Assembly: GCA_902588745.1 (NCBI GenBank)
Contig: CACIQI010000007.1
Span: 2,271-66,270, forward strand
Length of the DNA stretch: 64,000 nucleotides
Direction: 5' to 3'
Source of the DNA: an uncultured Alphaproteobacteria bacterium
GTDB lineage: Bacteria > Pseudomonadota > Alphaproteobacteria > HIMB59 > GCA-002718135
Shown one piece after another: positions 40,129 to 51,058 of this stretch. A program made the translations under genes and the position numbers. The notes beneath the pieces are model-generated. The model was not told the DNA's origin. It searched no databases and was given only the letters and a program-made list of their open reading frames with translations. Every line of letters begins with the position of its first letter. Within the stretch, counting starts at the first letter, position 1.

Positions 40129-41236
40129 ATAAGTCTACGTAACTTTGTACCATTTGGTATTTTGAAAATGTTTTTGATATATAGTCTTTACTTTCTAATG
40201 AAATATTAGAATATTTTTCTTTATCTATTTTGATAATATTTTGAAGTTTTATGTTTATTTCATTATATTTATGAGGATCTACTTTATAAATATCATCTAA
40301 TTTATTGAGCTGATCTTTAACACCACCATAGTTAAAGGCTAGTACCCTTTTTTTCATTATTAATGCTTCGCTTATAATTCTTCCAAAGCCTTCAGCCTGT
40401 AAAGGAAAAGAGGTAATAATTGATGATAGGTAATATAAAGTTTTCAAATCATCTCTTGGTAGATTGCCTATAATCTTACATTTATGACCAAGGTTAAAAC
40501 TTTGAATTTTATTTTGTAATTTCTCTGTATAAGATTGATTTTTTGTATCACCTGCAAAATAAAGTAAAAAATTATCATTTTGCATCTTATTAAATATATC
40601 TAAAAACTCAATTTGACCTTTCCAGTTTGTTAGCCTTGCAGGATATAGAATAATATTTTTTGAGGTATCAATTTGATACTTATTTATTATATTTTCTATT
40701 TGAGAATCTAAAATTGGTTTTTCAAAATATTTAACATCAACTCCTCTATTAATCACTTTAATTTTATTTGAATCCAAATTGTATTTTTTACTAATTTCAT
40801 TTTTTACATAATTTGAAATAGCAACAATCTGATCAACTTTGGATAATTGCTTATTATAGATTTTTTTAAAATAAGAATTACCACTATACACATTATGAAA
40901 TGTAGATATTGTTTTGAAGTTTCTATTTTTTATAAAACTTAAAATCCATGCTGGTGCTCTTGATCGTAAATGAACAACATTAATATTTTGATTAAAAATT
41001 AATTTTTTTAATTGATTAGCAATTAATGGATAAATAAAAAAATTTTTTGAGTTAACTGGTAAATGAAAATGATCAGTATAATTTTTATCAATTTCCTTAA
41101 TTAAACGCCCTCCATTTGAAATAATATTATTTTTTAAATTTAATTCAGATAAATAATTTGCAACTTCAATAGTGCCTCTTTCGACACCACCAGAATCTAA
41201 AGAGGGAAGAATTTGAGCGACATTAAATGATGACAT
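40109..41236 (-). CDS. Glycosyltransferase family 4
   Basis: LPSLDSGGVERGT, RSRAPAW, PARLTNWKGQ, EGFGRIISEA; likely start ATG 41236. Confidence 0.9.
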   Translation of the reverse strand: MSSFNVAQILPSLDSGGVERGTIEVANYLSELNLKNNIISNGGRLIKEIDKNYTDHFHLPVNSKNFFIYPLIANQLKKLIFNQNINVVHLRSRAPAWILSFIKNRNFKTISTFHNVYSGNSYFKKIYNKQLSKVDQIVAISNYVKNEISKKYNLDSNKIKVINRGVDVKYFEKPILDSQIENIINKYQIDTSKNIILYPARLTNWKGQIEFLDIFNKMQNDNFLLYFAGDTKNQSYTEKLQNKIQSFNLGHKCKIIGNLPRDDLKTLYYLSSIITSFPLQAEGFGRIISEALIMKKRVLAFNYGGVKDQLNKLDDIYKVDPHKYNEINIKLQNIIKIDKEKYSNISLESKDYISKTFSKYQMVQSYVDLYEQQSI

Positions 41237-41265
41237 TTTATTAAAATATAAGTATTTTATCAAAG

Positions 41266-41997
41266 ATGCCTTACTTTATTAATAAGAAAAAAGAAAGAAT
41301 TCGCTATAAATCTATAAAGGGTAAGGGGCCTGGTATCATCTTTATCCATGGCCTTAACTCAGATATGAGTGGTCAAAAAGCTTTGTCTTTAGAAAGATTT
41401 GCGCGAAAAAATAAATTGCAGTTTATCCGTTTTGAATGCCGTGGTCATGGTAAATCTGATGGAAAATTCGAAGATTTTACAATTTCAGATTGGAAGAAAG
41501 ACTTAATTGATATCATTGATAATATTGCAAAAGGACCACAAATTCTGGTTGGTAGCAGTATGGGTGGATGGTTAATGTTTTTAGCAGCCAAAGCAAGACC
41601 AAAAAGAATTGCTGGATTAATTGGCCTAGCGGCAGCACCTGATTATATCGATGGGTTTTACAAAAAACTCCCTTTAAAGAAAAAACAAGAAATGAAGAAA
41701 AAAGGAATTATTAAATATTCCTCCTACGGGTTTAGTTATCTTATAAAAAAGAAATACATTATTGAAGGTAGAAAAAATAAAATTTTAAATAAAGAATTCA
41801 AATGGAATAAGCCCTTAATTTTAATACAAGGACTAAAAGATAATGTTGTCACTCCAGATGTTCCAGAAAAAATAGTAAAAAAAATTAAAGGAAAGCAAAT
41901 ACAAATAAAATTATTAAAAAATAGTGATCATAGATTATCCGATCCATTTGATTTAAAAATAATGAATGATTCTATTCAATCAATAATAAAAAACTAA
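41266..41997 (+). CDS. Alpha/beta hydrolase (ABHD10-like)
   Basis: HGLNSDM, GHGKSDG, GSSMGGW, DHRLS. Confidence 0.9.
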   Translation: MPYFINKKKERIRYKSIKGKGPGIIFIHGLNSDMSGQKALSLERFARKNKLQFIRFECRGHGKSDGKFEDFTISDWKKDLIDIIDNIAKGPQILVGSSMGGWLMFLAAKARPKRIAGLIGLAAAPDYIDGFYKKLPLKKKQEMKKKGIIKYSSYGFSYLIKKKYIIEGRKNKILNKEFKWNKPLILIQGLKDNVVTPDVPEKIVKKIKGKQIQIKLLKNSDHRLSDPFDLKIMNDSIQSIIKN

Positions 41998-44900
41998 GCA
42001 GATTTTTCTTCTTGAATTAATACAGGTTGATCAAATTTATTGATCATTTCTTTTGGAACAATCTGCCAGAAGAGTAATTTCTCATTTTCCCAATTTTCGA
42101 GTAAATTTTTTGCATACATTGAATTTGTTTCCTTGATATGTTCTTCAATTTTTTGATATAAAACTTTTTCCCAATAAGTTGTCATTTGTTGTTGATAGAA
42201 AATATCCTCAAGATTAATTCGAAGTGGTAGAGTTCCTTCTTTATCGTACACAAATGCCATACCTCCAGTCATTCCAGCTCCAAAATTATTTCCTACTTCG
42301 CCAAGAATAACTGCACTTCCTCCAGTCATATATTCACATCCATTATCACCACATCCTTCAATAACAGCGTGTGCGCCAGAGTTTCTAACAGCAAATCTAT
42401 CACCAGCAGTTCCAGCTGCAAAAAGTTTACCACGCGTTGCTCCATATAAGACAGTATTCCCAATGATAACATTTTTGTTTGTTTTTAGTTGTGAAGATGA
42501 GCTTGGTTGTATAACAATTTTACCCCCTGATAATCCTTTTGCAACATAATCGTTAGCGTCACCAAAGACTTTAAGAGTAGTTCCTTGCACGCTCCATGCT
42601 CCAAAAGATTGCCCAGCAGAACCATGAAAATTAACTGTAAAGAAATCCTCTGGAAGAGAACTCATTCCTTTTGTAGTAGTAATTTCTGATGCAAGTCTTG
42701 TACCAATAGCTCTATCAGTATTTTTGATATTATAGTTTAGTTCAATTTTTTGATCTGTTTCAAAGAAAGACTTAGCGTCCCCTATGATTTTAATATCAAG
42801 GCTATCGCTAACTTTATTAATTGTATTTTTCTTTATGTCAAATTCTCCAACTGATGAATCAATGGTTTGAATAATTGGATTTAAATCTAAATCATCAAGA
42901 TCAGAACTTCCTCTACTAACTTGATACAAAAGATCAGATCTTCCAACTACTTCATCAAGAGAAGAAAAGCCTAGTGATCCTAAAATTTCTCTAACTTCAT
43001 CAGCAATAAAACTAAAAAGATTAATTACTTTTTCTGGTGTTCCGGTAAATTTTTCTCTAAGTTTTTCATCTTGTGAGCAAACTCCAACGGGACAAGTATT
43101 TGAATGACATTGTCTAACCATGATACAGCCCATAGCAACTAAACTTGCTGTACCAATTCCATATTCTTCTGCCCCAAGCATAGCCGCAATAACAATATCT
43201 TTTCCTGTTTTCAAACCCCCATCAGTTCTAAGAACAACTTTATCTCTTAAGTTATTTAGAGATAGAACTTGATGTACTTCACTTAATCCGAGTTCCCAAG
43301 GAAGTCCTGCATACTTAATGCTTGTTTGTGGGCTTGCTCCAGTTCCACCATTGTGACCAGAAATGAGTATCGTATCAGCTTTTGCTTTTGCAACACCAGC
43401 TGCGACTGTTCCAATCCCTGACTGAGCAACTAACTTAACGCATACTTTAGCTCTTGGATTAATTTGTTTCAAATCGTAAATAAGCTGAGCTAAATCTTCA
43501 ATAGAATAAATATCATGATGAGGAGGAGGACTAATAAGCGTCACACCTTCGGTTGAATGTCTTAGTTTAGCAATTAATTCTGTAACTTTTCCTCCTGGCA
43601 ATTGTCCACCCTCACCAGGTTTTGCACCTTGTGCAACTTTAATTTCAATTTCTTCACAATTATTTAAATATTCCGCTGTTACACCAAATCGTCCACTTGC
43701 AATTTGTTTAATTTTTGATGATGCATTATCTCCATTTGGCTTAGGTTTAAATCTAATCGGATCTTCACCACCTTCACCTGAATCAGATTTAGCTCCTATC
43801 CTATTCATTGCTACAGAAAGAGTTTCATGCGCTTCTGGACTCAGGGCTCCAAGTGATATTCCTGGCGCAACTAGCCTTTTTCTAATTTCTTGAGAAGGTT
43901 CTACTGTGTTAGAGTTACTATTATTGTTATTTTTTTTGAAGTCTAAAAGATCACGAATATTTATAGGATCCATTTCATCAATCATCGAAGAATATTTTTT
44001 AAATAAAGAATAATTATTAGAAGTTACTGCAGTTTGAAGCATGTGAATTGATCTTGCTTCAAAAGCATGTTTTTCACCACCAAATCTATAGCGATAGTTT
44101 CCTCCAATCGGCAGCGTAATAACACTTTCTTCATAAGCATTATCATGAGCTAATCTTGATCTTCTTTCAATACCGCTGATACCGATACCGGATATTTTAG
44201 AACTCATAGAAGGGAAATATTTGCTCATTAAATTTCTACTGAGTCCAATCGCTTCAAAATTACAACCACCTCGATATGAATTAATCACTGATATTCCCAT
44301 CTTACTCATAGTCTTAAGCAAACCATTATTTATAGAATTAATAAATCTCTCTACACATTCTTCATATGAGAGATTTTTAAATAATCCTTTTTTATGTCTT
44401 TCCGCTATAGCTTGTTGTGCCATATATGCATTCACACTTGTTGCTCCAACTCCGATAAGCACTGCAAAATATTGTACATCTAAACATTCTGCAGATTGAA
44501 CATTTAAGGAAATAAAAGTTCGAAGATTTTGTTTAATTAAATGATGATGAACAGAACTTGTAACTAATATCATAGGAAGAGCTATTCTTGTTTTAGACAT
44601 TTCTTTGTCACTTAAAATTATATGAACATACCCCTCTCTAACAGCTTGTTCTGCTTCTCGGTTTATTCTTGAAATTTCTATCTCAAAATTATTTTCAGGA
44701 TTTGTTTTATCCATTGTTGTGTTAATGATCTTCACACTATCTTTCATATATCTTCGCATAGATTTGAATTGCTCAATTGAAAGAACAGGAGAGTTCAATT
44801 GTAAATGATCGCATTGATCTTCATCTTCATCAAGAATATTACTTAAGTTTCCAATCCTAGTTCGAAGACTCATAACAACTCTTTCTCTTAATGAATCAAT

Positions 44901-46511
44901 TGGTGGATTTGTAACTTGACTAAAATTTTGTCTAAAAAAGTGATGAAGTCCTCTATATTTATTTGAGAGCACAGCTAGTGGAGTGTCATCTCCCATCGAT
45001 CCCGTTGCTTCTTTTTTTTCAGCAATCATAGGATGAAGTATTAATTCTATGTCTTCTACTGACCAGGCAAAGCATGCCATTCTTTTTCTTAGATCTCCAG
45101 AGTCTAAATCTCTAAATTCCTCATCAACAGATTGAACAAGTTTATCAATATACGTAATTTTTTTAGTCCAATCACCAAATGGTTTAGTTTCTGCTAAATA
45201 CTTTTTTATCTCATGATCTTTAAAAAATTTTTTCTCTTTAAAGTTGACTGCTATTAATTGACCTGGTCCTACCCTACCTCTTTCTACTATTTCATTTTCT
45301 TTAATATCAACCATTCCAGTTTCAGAACCAGCAATGAGAAGATTTTTTGTCAGAGTATATCTTATAGGTCTAAGGCCATTTCTATCCATTCCAGCAATGG
45401 CCCAATCACCGTACGCGCCACATATTGCTGCTGGACCATCCCATGGCTCCATAACTGCTCCACCATAAGCGTATAAATCTTTTATTTTTTTTGGAAAATC
45501 TCTTCTGTGTGACCAAGCTTCTGGAATTGTTATTATTTTAGCCATAGGTAAAGAACGATTAGCTTTAACTAATAACTCTATTGTTGAATCTAATGCAGCA
45601 GAGTCAGACGCTTTAGCATCAATTATGGGTTTTAAATCATCTACATTATTGCCAAAATTTTTATGTTCCATTCTTGGCTCGTGCGCAGCCATCCAATTTT
45701 TATTACCTTTAAGTGTATTTATTTCACCATTATGAGCAATCACTCTAAAAGGCTGTGCTAAAGACCAAGTGGGAAATGTATTGGTTGAATAGCGCTGGTG
45801 ATAAACTGCATACTTAGAAATAAAATTCTCATTTTGGATGTCTGGATAAAAATTGGAAAGCTGTTCTGCTAAAAACATACCTTTATAAACAATGGACTGA
45901 CAAGATAGTGAGCAAATATAAAAGTCTGAAATATTTTGATTTCTAATTTCTTTTTCTATTCTTTTTCTAATTATATAAAGTTTATTATCAAATTCTTTTT
46001 CATCTTCTAGTTCTTCATTACAAATTAGTATTTGTTCTATTTCAGGCCTTGTTGCTTTTGCTTTATCACCAATAATCGATGAATTAATTGGAACGTGTCT
46101 CCAACCATATATTTTCAAACCTTCTTTAATTATTTCAGATTCAACAATTGTACGAGCGTTTTCTTGAGCGGCAAAATCTGTACGTGGTAAAAAAATCATG
46201 CCGACCCCGAAAGGTAAATCATTAGGAGTGTGGCCAGTTCTTTCTATTTGTTGAGTAAAAAAATTCTTTGGTATGGATAACTGTATTCCTGCACCATCAC
46301 CTGTTTTACCATCAGCATCAACTGCTCCCCGGTGATACAAAACTCTTAAAGCTTGAACTCCTAGCTCGACTATTTCTCTTGTCTCAGAGCCATCTAAAGA
46401 TGCTATTAATCCAACACCACATGATGAATGTTCATCTTGTTCATTATAAACATGATTTTCTTCTAAGAATTTTTTATCCTTTTTATACTTTTCAATAAAG
46501 TGATTAGGCAT
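41994..46511 (-). CDS. gltB: Glutamate synthase large subunit
   Basis: CGVG, HRGAVDADGKTGDGAG, KVAQGAKPGEGGQL, CHSNTCPVG, FAVRNSG. Confidence 0.98.
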   Translation of the reverse strand: MPNHFIEKYKKDKKFLEENHVYNEQDEHSSCGVGLIASLDGSETREIVELGVQALRVLYHRGAVDADGKTGDGAGIQLSIPKNFFTQQIERTGHTPNDLPFGVGMIFLPRTDFAAQENARTIVESEIIKEGLKIYGWRHVPINSSIIGDKAKATRPEIEQILICNEELEDEKEFDNKLYIIRKRIEKEIRNQNISDFYICSLSCQSIVYKGMFLAEQLSNFYPDIQNENFISKYAVYHQRYSTNTFPTWSLAQPFRVIAHNGEINTLKGNKNWMAAHEPRMEHKNFGNNVDDLKPIIDAKASDSAALDSTIELLVKANRSLPMAKIITIPEAWSHRRDFPKKIKDLYAYGGAVMEPWDGPAAICGAYGDWAIAGMDRNGLRPIRYTLTKNLLIAGSETGMVDIKENEIVERGRVGPGQLIAVNFKEKKFFKDHEIKKYLAETKPFGDWTKKITYIDKLVQSVDEEFRDLDSGDLRKRMACFAWSVEDIELILHPMIAEKKEATGSMGDDTPLAVLSNKYRGLHHFFRQNFSQVTNPPIDSLRERVVMSLRTRIGNLSNILDEDEDQCDHLQLNSPVLSIEQFKSMRRYMKDSVKIINTTMDKTNPENNFEIEISRINREAEQAVREGYVHIILSDKEMSKTRIALPMILVTSSVHHHLIKQNLRTFISLNVQSAECLDVQYFAVLIGVGATSVNAYMAQQAIAERHKKGLFKNLSYEECVERFINSINNGLLKTMSKMGISVINSYRGGCNFEAIGLSRNLMSKYFPSMSSKISGIGISGIERRSRLAHDNAYEESVITLPIGGNYRYRFGGEKHAFEARSIHMLQTAVTSNNYSLFKKYSSMIDEMDPINIRDLLDFKKNNNNSNSNTVEPSQEIRKRLVAPGISLGALSPEAHETLSVAMNRIGAKSDSGEGGEDPIRFKPKPNGDNASSKIKQIASGRFGVTAEYLNNCEEIEIKVAQGAKPGEGGQLPGGKVTELIAKLRHSTEGVTLISPPPHHDIYSIEDLAQLIYDLKQINPRAKVCVKLVAQSGIGTVAAGVAKAKADTILISGHNGGTGASPQTSIKYAGLPWELGLSEVHQVLSLNNLRDKVVLRTDGGLKTGKDIVIAAMLGAEEYGIGTASLVAMGCIMVRQCHSNTCPVGVCSQDEKLREKFTGTPEKVINLFSFIADEVREILGSLGFSSLDEVVGRSDLLYQVSRGSSDLDDLDLNPIIQTIDSSVGEFDIKKNTINKVSDSLDIKIIGDAKSFFETDQKIELNYNIKNTDRAIGTRLASEITTTKGMSSLPEDFFTVNFHGSAGQSFGAWSVQGTTLKVFGDANDYVAKGLSGGKIVIQPSSSSQLKTNKNVIIGNTVLYGATRGKLFAAGTAGDRFAVRNSGAHAVIEGCGDNGCEYMTGGSAVILGEVGNNFGAGMTGGMAFVYDKEGTLPLRINLEDIFYQQQMTTYWEKVLYQKIEEHIKETNSMYAKNLLENWENEKLLFWQIVPKEMINKFDQPVLIQEEKSA

Positions 46512-47949
46512 TTACTGCTTTCTTATTAATATTATTTTGATCAGAAAAATTATTTTCTAAATATTCATTAATATTTTTTGCTGCATCACGACCATCTTTG
46601 ATTCCCCAAACAACTAAACTTGCACCGCGAACAATATCTCCAGCAGCAAATACTCCATCAATTGATGTCATCATATTTTTATAATTAATTTTTAGCGTAC
46701 CCCATCTTGTAACTGTCAGGTCATTATAATCAAAAAGCTTAGGTAAATTTTCAGGTTCAAAACCCAAAGCTTCTATAGCTAAATCAACATCTAGCTCTTT
46801 TTCCGTACCTTCTTTTGGCTCTGGCTTCCTTCTACCTGACTCATCAGGTTCTCCAAGTTGCATTAAAACAGTTCTGACATTTTTCAATGAGCCGTTTCCC
46901 GAATACTCAGTTGGTAAAGTCAACCATTGAAAGTCGACGCCCTCTTCTATTGCATTTTGAACTTCTCTTTGCGAACCAGGCATATTTGTCTTATCACGTC
47001 TGTAAAGACACTTAACAGATTTTGCTCCTTGTCTTACAGCCGTTCTAACGCAATCCATAGCGGTATCACCGCCACCAATGACAACTACATTTTTTCCATT
47101 TGCGTTTAATCTTCCATTTGTGAAATCTTCAACTTTATCTTTTAAACCAGTCTTGTTACTCGCTATTAGGAAATCTAAAGCTGGTACAACATTATTAAAA
47201 TTGGATGTATTTAGATTTATTTCTCTAAATTTGTAAACCCCGGTTGCTATAAGAACTGCATCATGCTTATTTTTAATATCTTCAAAAGTAATGTCTTTTC
47301 CGATATCGCAGTTTAACTCAAACTTAATTCCACTTTCTTTAAGTCGATTTGTTCTTCTTATAACAATATCTTTTTCTAGTTTAAAATTTGGAATACCATA
47401 AATTAAAAGACCTCCTGGTCTATCGTAGCGATCATATATTGTAACTTGAAATCCTTTTTTACGAAGTTCTTCTGCTGCAGCTAATCCAGCAGGACCAGAA
47501 CCAATAATTCCAACACTTTGATTTCTTTCTTCAACTGGTTCTATATTTTGAACCCAACCTTCTTCCCAAGCTTTATCCGTAATATATTTTTCTATCGATC
47601 CAATAGTAACAGTACCGTGGCCAGATTGTTCAATTACACAGTTACCTTCACACAAACGATCTTGGGGACATATACGACCACAAATTTCAGGCATGTTATT
47701 TGTAGAGCTGGAAATTTCAAATGCCTCCTGCATTCTATCCTCAGCAGTTAGTTTTAACCAATCTGGAATATTATTGTGTAAAGGACAATGAACTTGGCAG
47801 AAAGGAACACCGCATTGAGAACATCTGGAAGCTTGTTCTTCTGCCTTTTGTGAAGCATATTTAGCATAAATTTCATCAAATGATTTAACCCTCTCTTTGG
47901 CAGATATTTTACTAGGATTTTCTTTGTTTATTTTTGTAAATTTTAGCAT
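46504..47949 (-). CDS. gltD: Glutamate synthase small subunit
   Basis: RCSQCGVPFC, GRICPQDRLCEGNC, GGGDTAMDC, GASLVVW. Confidence 0.97.
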   Translation of the reverse strand: MLKFTKINKENPSKISAKERVKSFDEIYAKYASQKAEEQASRCSQCGVPFCQVHCPLHNNIPDWLKLTAEDRMQEAFEISSSTNNMPEICGRICPQDRLCEGNCVIEQSGHGTVTIGSIEKYITDKAWEEGWVQNIEPVEERNQSVGIIGSGPAGLAAAEELRKKGFQVTIYDRYDRPGGLLIYGIPNFKLEKDIVIRRTNRLKESGIKFELNCDIGKDITFEDIKNKHDAVLIATGVYKFREINLNTSNFNNVVPALDFLIASNKTGLKDKVEDFTNGRLNANGKNVVVIGGGDTAMDCVRTAVRQGAKSVKCLYRRDKTNMPGSQREVQNAIEEGVDFQWLTLPTEYSGNGSLKNVRTVLMQLGEPDESGRRKPEPKEGTEKELDVDLAIEALGFEPENLPKLFDYNDLTVTRWGTLKINYKNMMTSIDGVFAAGDIVRGASLVVWGIKDGRDAAKNINEYLENNFSDQNNINKKAVNA

Positions 47950-48033
47950 TTAGTTATCATTTGTTTACTATTTTATCTAGATCGAACCAAATACACATTC
48001 AAGATGAAAAAAGAAACAATAATTTTGTAATAA

Positions 48034-48052
48034 TAGTACCATCTATGTACTA
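48034..48052. promoter_or_regulatory. Inverted repeat upstream of gltD, candidate operator
   Basis: TAGTAC-CATCTAT-GTACTA. Confidence 0.3.
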
Positions 48053-48067
48053 AAACTGAGAAAACCC

Positions 48068-48973
48068 TTAATTCACAACAATATTTTTAAGTATTTGTAG
48101 TGTATCCTGTGGATTAATATCAAGATTTTGGAACGATTTATCGACATTTACGAGAATATTATCCTTTTCAAATAATATTAACTGTTCTGAGGTAAGAGGA
48201 GAAATTGGAGTTTTTTCAGCAATATTTATCATAGGTTTCATAAATGCCATAGGAACAGGAACTAAAACTCGAGTTTTGTTTAAAAAATTAGAAATATGAT
48301 TAAAAAATTCTTTGTAAGAATAAATCCTAGGGCCAGCAAGTTCGTAAATATTTTTCCCCTTAATATTGGAATTAATTATTTCATCAACGGCTAAAGAAAC
48401 ATCATCAATAAATACGGGTTGGAATTTTGTTGAACCATCTCCAAAAAGTGGCACAAAAAAAGAAGCTTTAAATATTGGCAAAAGTCTTTTCATGAAGATA
48501 TCGCCACCACCTATAATAACACCAGGTCTAATAATAATTACATTATCTAGTTGTTTAAAAGCTTCCTTTTCAGATTTATATACTGCAATACTTCTTGTTG
48601 AATTTCTATCAATATCTACACCAAGACCAGAAAAAAAAATGAATTGTTTTAATTGCTTACTAGATTTTAAAATTCTAATAAGTTTCTGATTAAACTTAAA
48701 TATTGTATTATTAAAATCACCTTTCTTTTGATCGTATGTAGTTTTCAAATTAATGCATACATCTGCATTATTTAAAACAGATTTAAGCCTTTTTTCTTCT
48801 AATGAAGAATAACGAAAAGGAACTACCTGTCCTGTAACACCTAAGAGTCGGATTTTAGCTTCTTGTACTGATCTTTGATATGGAACAATAATTTTATACC
48901 CTTTTTTGGAAAGTCTTCTTATTATATGTTTTCCAACAAAACCTGCACCTCCAAAAATTACTATTGATTTCAT
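48068..48973 (-). CDS. Complex I NDUFA9-like atypical SDR
   Basis: FGGAGFVG, GQVVP, IIRPG, FQPVFIDDV, YELAGP. Confidence 0.85.
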   Translation of the reverse strand: MKSIVIFGGAGFVGKHIIRRLSKKGYKIIVPYQRSVQEAKIRLLGVTGQVVPFRYSSLEEKRLKSVLNNADVCINLKTTYDQKKGDFNNTIFKFNQKLIRILKSSKQLKQFIFFSGLGVDIDRNSTRSIAVYKSEKEAFKQLDNVIIIRPGVIIGGGDIFMKRLLPIFKASFFVPLFGDGSTKFQPVFIDDVSLAVDEIINSNIKGKNIYELAGPRIYSYKEFFNHISNFLNKTRVLVPVPMAFMKPMINIAEKTPISPLTSEQLILFEKDNILVNVDKSFQNLDINPQDTLQILKNIVVN

Positions 48974-49036
48974 GGCCTTTAATTAAATAAATGATATAGA
49001 GGAAAAAATATAAATTAAACAGTTAATATAATCAAA

Positions 49037-49645
49037 ATGAAAATAAATGTCTATCATGGAGATCTCCCAGAAAGTTTTAAAGCTGCTAGTATTGTTGCTT
49101 TAGATAGCGAAACAATGGGTTTAAATCCTAAAAGAGATAAACTATGTTTAATACAGATTTCGAATGGAGATGAAATATGTCATCTGGTGACAATTGATTT
49201 ATTAAATAAAAAACCTGTAAATTTAATTAAAATTCTTAAAAATAATAAAATACAAAAAATATTTCATTATGCTAGATTTGATGTTGCAGTTTTTAAACAT
49301 AATTTCAAAATAAATATAAAAAATATTTATTGTACTAAAATTGCATCAAAACTTGTCAGAACCTATACAGATAAACATGGATATAAAGATCTTTGTAGTG
49401 AATTATTAGGTAAATCAATTTCAAAAACTGAACAATCTTCTGATTGGGGTGGAGAATTAACTAAAGATCAACAACAATATGCCGCAACTGATGTTCTTTA
49501 TTTACATAAAATAAAAGATCATCTTGATAGAATGTTATTAAGAGAAAAAAGAATAAAACTTGCCAAAGCTTGTTTTGACTTTATTCAATATAGAACAGAT
49601 CTAGATAATAGTGGTTGGGCTGATCAGGATATTTTTAAGCATTAA
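49037..49645 (+). CDS. rnd: Ribonuclease D-like 3'-5' exonuclease (short form)
   Basis: ALDSETMGL, FHYARFD, CTKIASKL, QSSDWG, YAATDV. Confidence 0.88.
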   Translation: MKINVYHGDLPESFKAASIVALDSETMGLNPKRDKLCLIQISNGDEICHLVTIDLLNKKPVNLIKILKNNKIQKIFHYARFDVAVFKHNFKINIKNIYCTKIASKLVRTYTDKHGYKDLCSELLGKSISKTEQSSDWGGELTKDQQQYAATDVLYLHKIKDHLDRMLLREKRIKLAKACFDFIQYRTDLDNSGWADQDIFKH

Positions 49646-50607
49646 TGAAGAATTATAATAAAAAAATAATTGATAGTGCAAAAAGAACTTTAAATCGGGA
49701 ACTCAATAGTATTAAAAATTTAAAGTCTGTATTTAATAGTAATTTTTGTAAAGCTATAAATTTAATTTATAATACTAAAGGTAAAATTGTTGTAACAGGT
49801 GTGGGCAAGAGTGCACATATTGGTAATAAATTTTCAGCCACACTTACATCTACTGGTACACCTTCTTATTTTGTACATGCAACTGAGGCTAGTCATGGTG
49901 ATTTAGGAAGTATTAAAAAAGAAGACTGTGTTATTGCAATTTCCAACTCTGGTGAAACATCTGAGTTAAATAATATTATTCAATTTACAAAAAGATTTAA
50001 TATTAAACTGATTAGTATTACTAGTAATTCAAAAAGTACTTTAAATAAGAATTCAAACGTAAGTATTGTTTACAAAAAACCAATAGAAGCATGTCCTCTA
50101 AATTTAGCTCCCACCAGTTCTACATCAATGTCTATGATAATTGGAGATTGTATTGCAATAGCTTTATTGGAACTTAGAGGATTTAAAAGTACTCAGTTTA
50201 AGAGTCTTCATCCTGGAGGTAATCTAGGTAAAGATTTAAAAAACTTAAGTGAAATCATGCATAAAAACAAAGAAATTCCATTAGCAAAATTAAATGAAAA
50301 AATGTCAAAAGCTCTTCTTACTATGACAAAAAAGAGTTTTGGATGTATTGGTGTAGTTAATGAAAAAAATCAAATTGTTGGGATAATTACTGATGGTGAC
50401 TTGAGAAGAAAATTAAATTCGAAGTTTTTTGATAAAAAAGCATCAGAAATAATGACTAAAAAACCAACATTGGCAAATAAGAATATGTTAGTAGGGGAAG
50501 CAATTAATTTAATGAATACAAAAAAAATAACAAGTTTATTTATTTGTGATAATAAAAGACCATTAGGAATAGTTCATATCCATGATTTGTTAAGATTGAC
50601 GAGTTAA
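49645..50607 (+). CDS. kdsD: Arabinose-5-phosphate isomerase (KpsF/GutQ, SIS + CBS)
   Basis: GVGKSAHI, EASHGDLG, HPGG, TDGDLRR, HIHDLL. Confidence 0.93.
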   Translation: MKNYNKKIIDSAKRTLNRELNSIKNLKSVFNSNFCKAINLIYNTKGKIVVTGVGKSAHIGNKFSATLTSTGTPSYFVHATEASHGDLGSIKKEDCVIAISNSGETSELNNIIQFTKRFNIKLISITSNSKSTLNKNSNVSIVYKKPIEACPLNLAPTSSTSMSMIIGDCIAIALLELRGFKSTQFKSLHPGGNLGKDLKNLSEIMHKNKEIPLAKLNEKMSKALLTMTKKSFGCIGVVNEKNQIVGIITDGDLRRKLNSKFFDKKASEIMTKKPTLANKNMLVGEAINLMNTKKITSLFICDNKRPLGIVHIHDLLRLTS

Positions 50608-50608
50608 T

Positions 50609-51058
50609 TTGAATTTTTTTTTACATATAAATAGTAAATTAATATTTTTTTTAGGAATTCTGGTTATATCTTTTTTTTTATTAATAATATTTTCAAAACA
50701 AATTAGTCTTACAAATATTGAAGTTGAAAAAATTAAAAAAAATTTAACTAGCGCTGATATTGCAGAACCAAAGTTTGCTATAAATAATGAATCCAAAAAA
50801 ATATATATTACAGCAAAAGAAGGAAATTTTTTGAATAATGATGAAATTCTATTAAAAAAAAATGTCAGATTTAAATCAAATGATTTTAGTATTGAAACTG
50901 AGAGAGTTATTTTTGATAGAAATAAACAAACTGCAAAAAGTGAAACTAAGTCACTTTTTAAATCAAAAAATACTACAATTTTTTCAAATGGATTTAATAT
51001 ATATGATAAAGGAGACAAGATAATCTTTTTTGGTAAATCTTTTGTTGTTCTTAAATGA
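50609..51058 (+). CDS. lptC: LptC-like LPS export protein (divergent)
   Basis: Single N-terminal TM, beta-rich body, position between kdsD and lptA/lptB. Confidence 0.6.
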   Translation: MNFFLHINSKLIFFLGILVISFFLLIIFSKQISLTNIEVEKIKKNLTSADIAEPKFAINNESKKIYITAKEGNFLNNDEILLKKNVRFKSNDFSIETERVIFDRNKQTAKSETKSLFKSKNTTIFSNGFNIYDKGDKIIFFGKSFVVLK

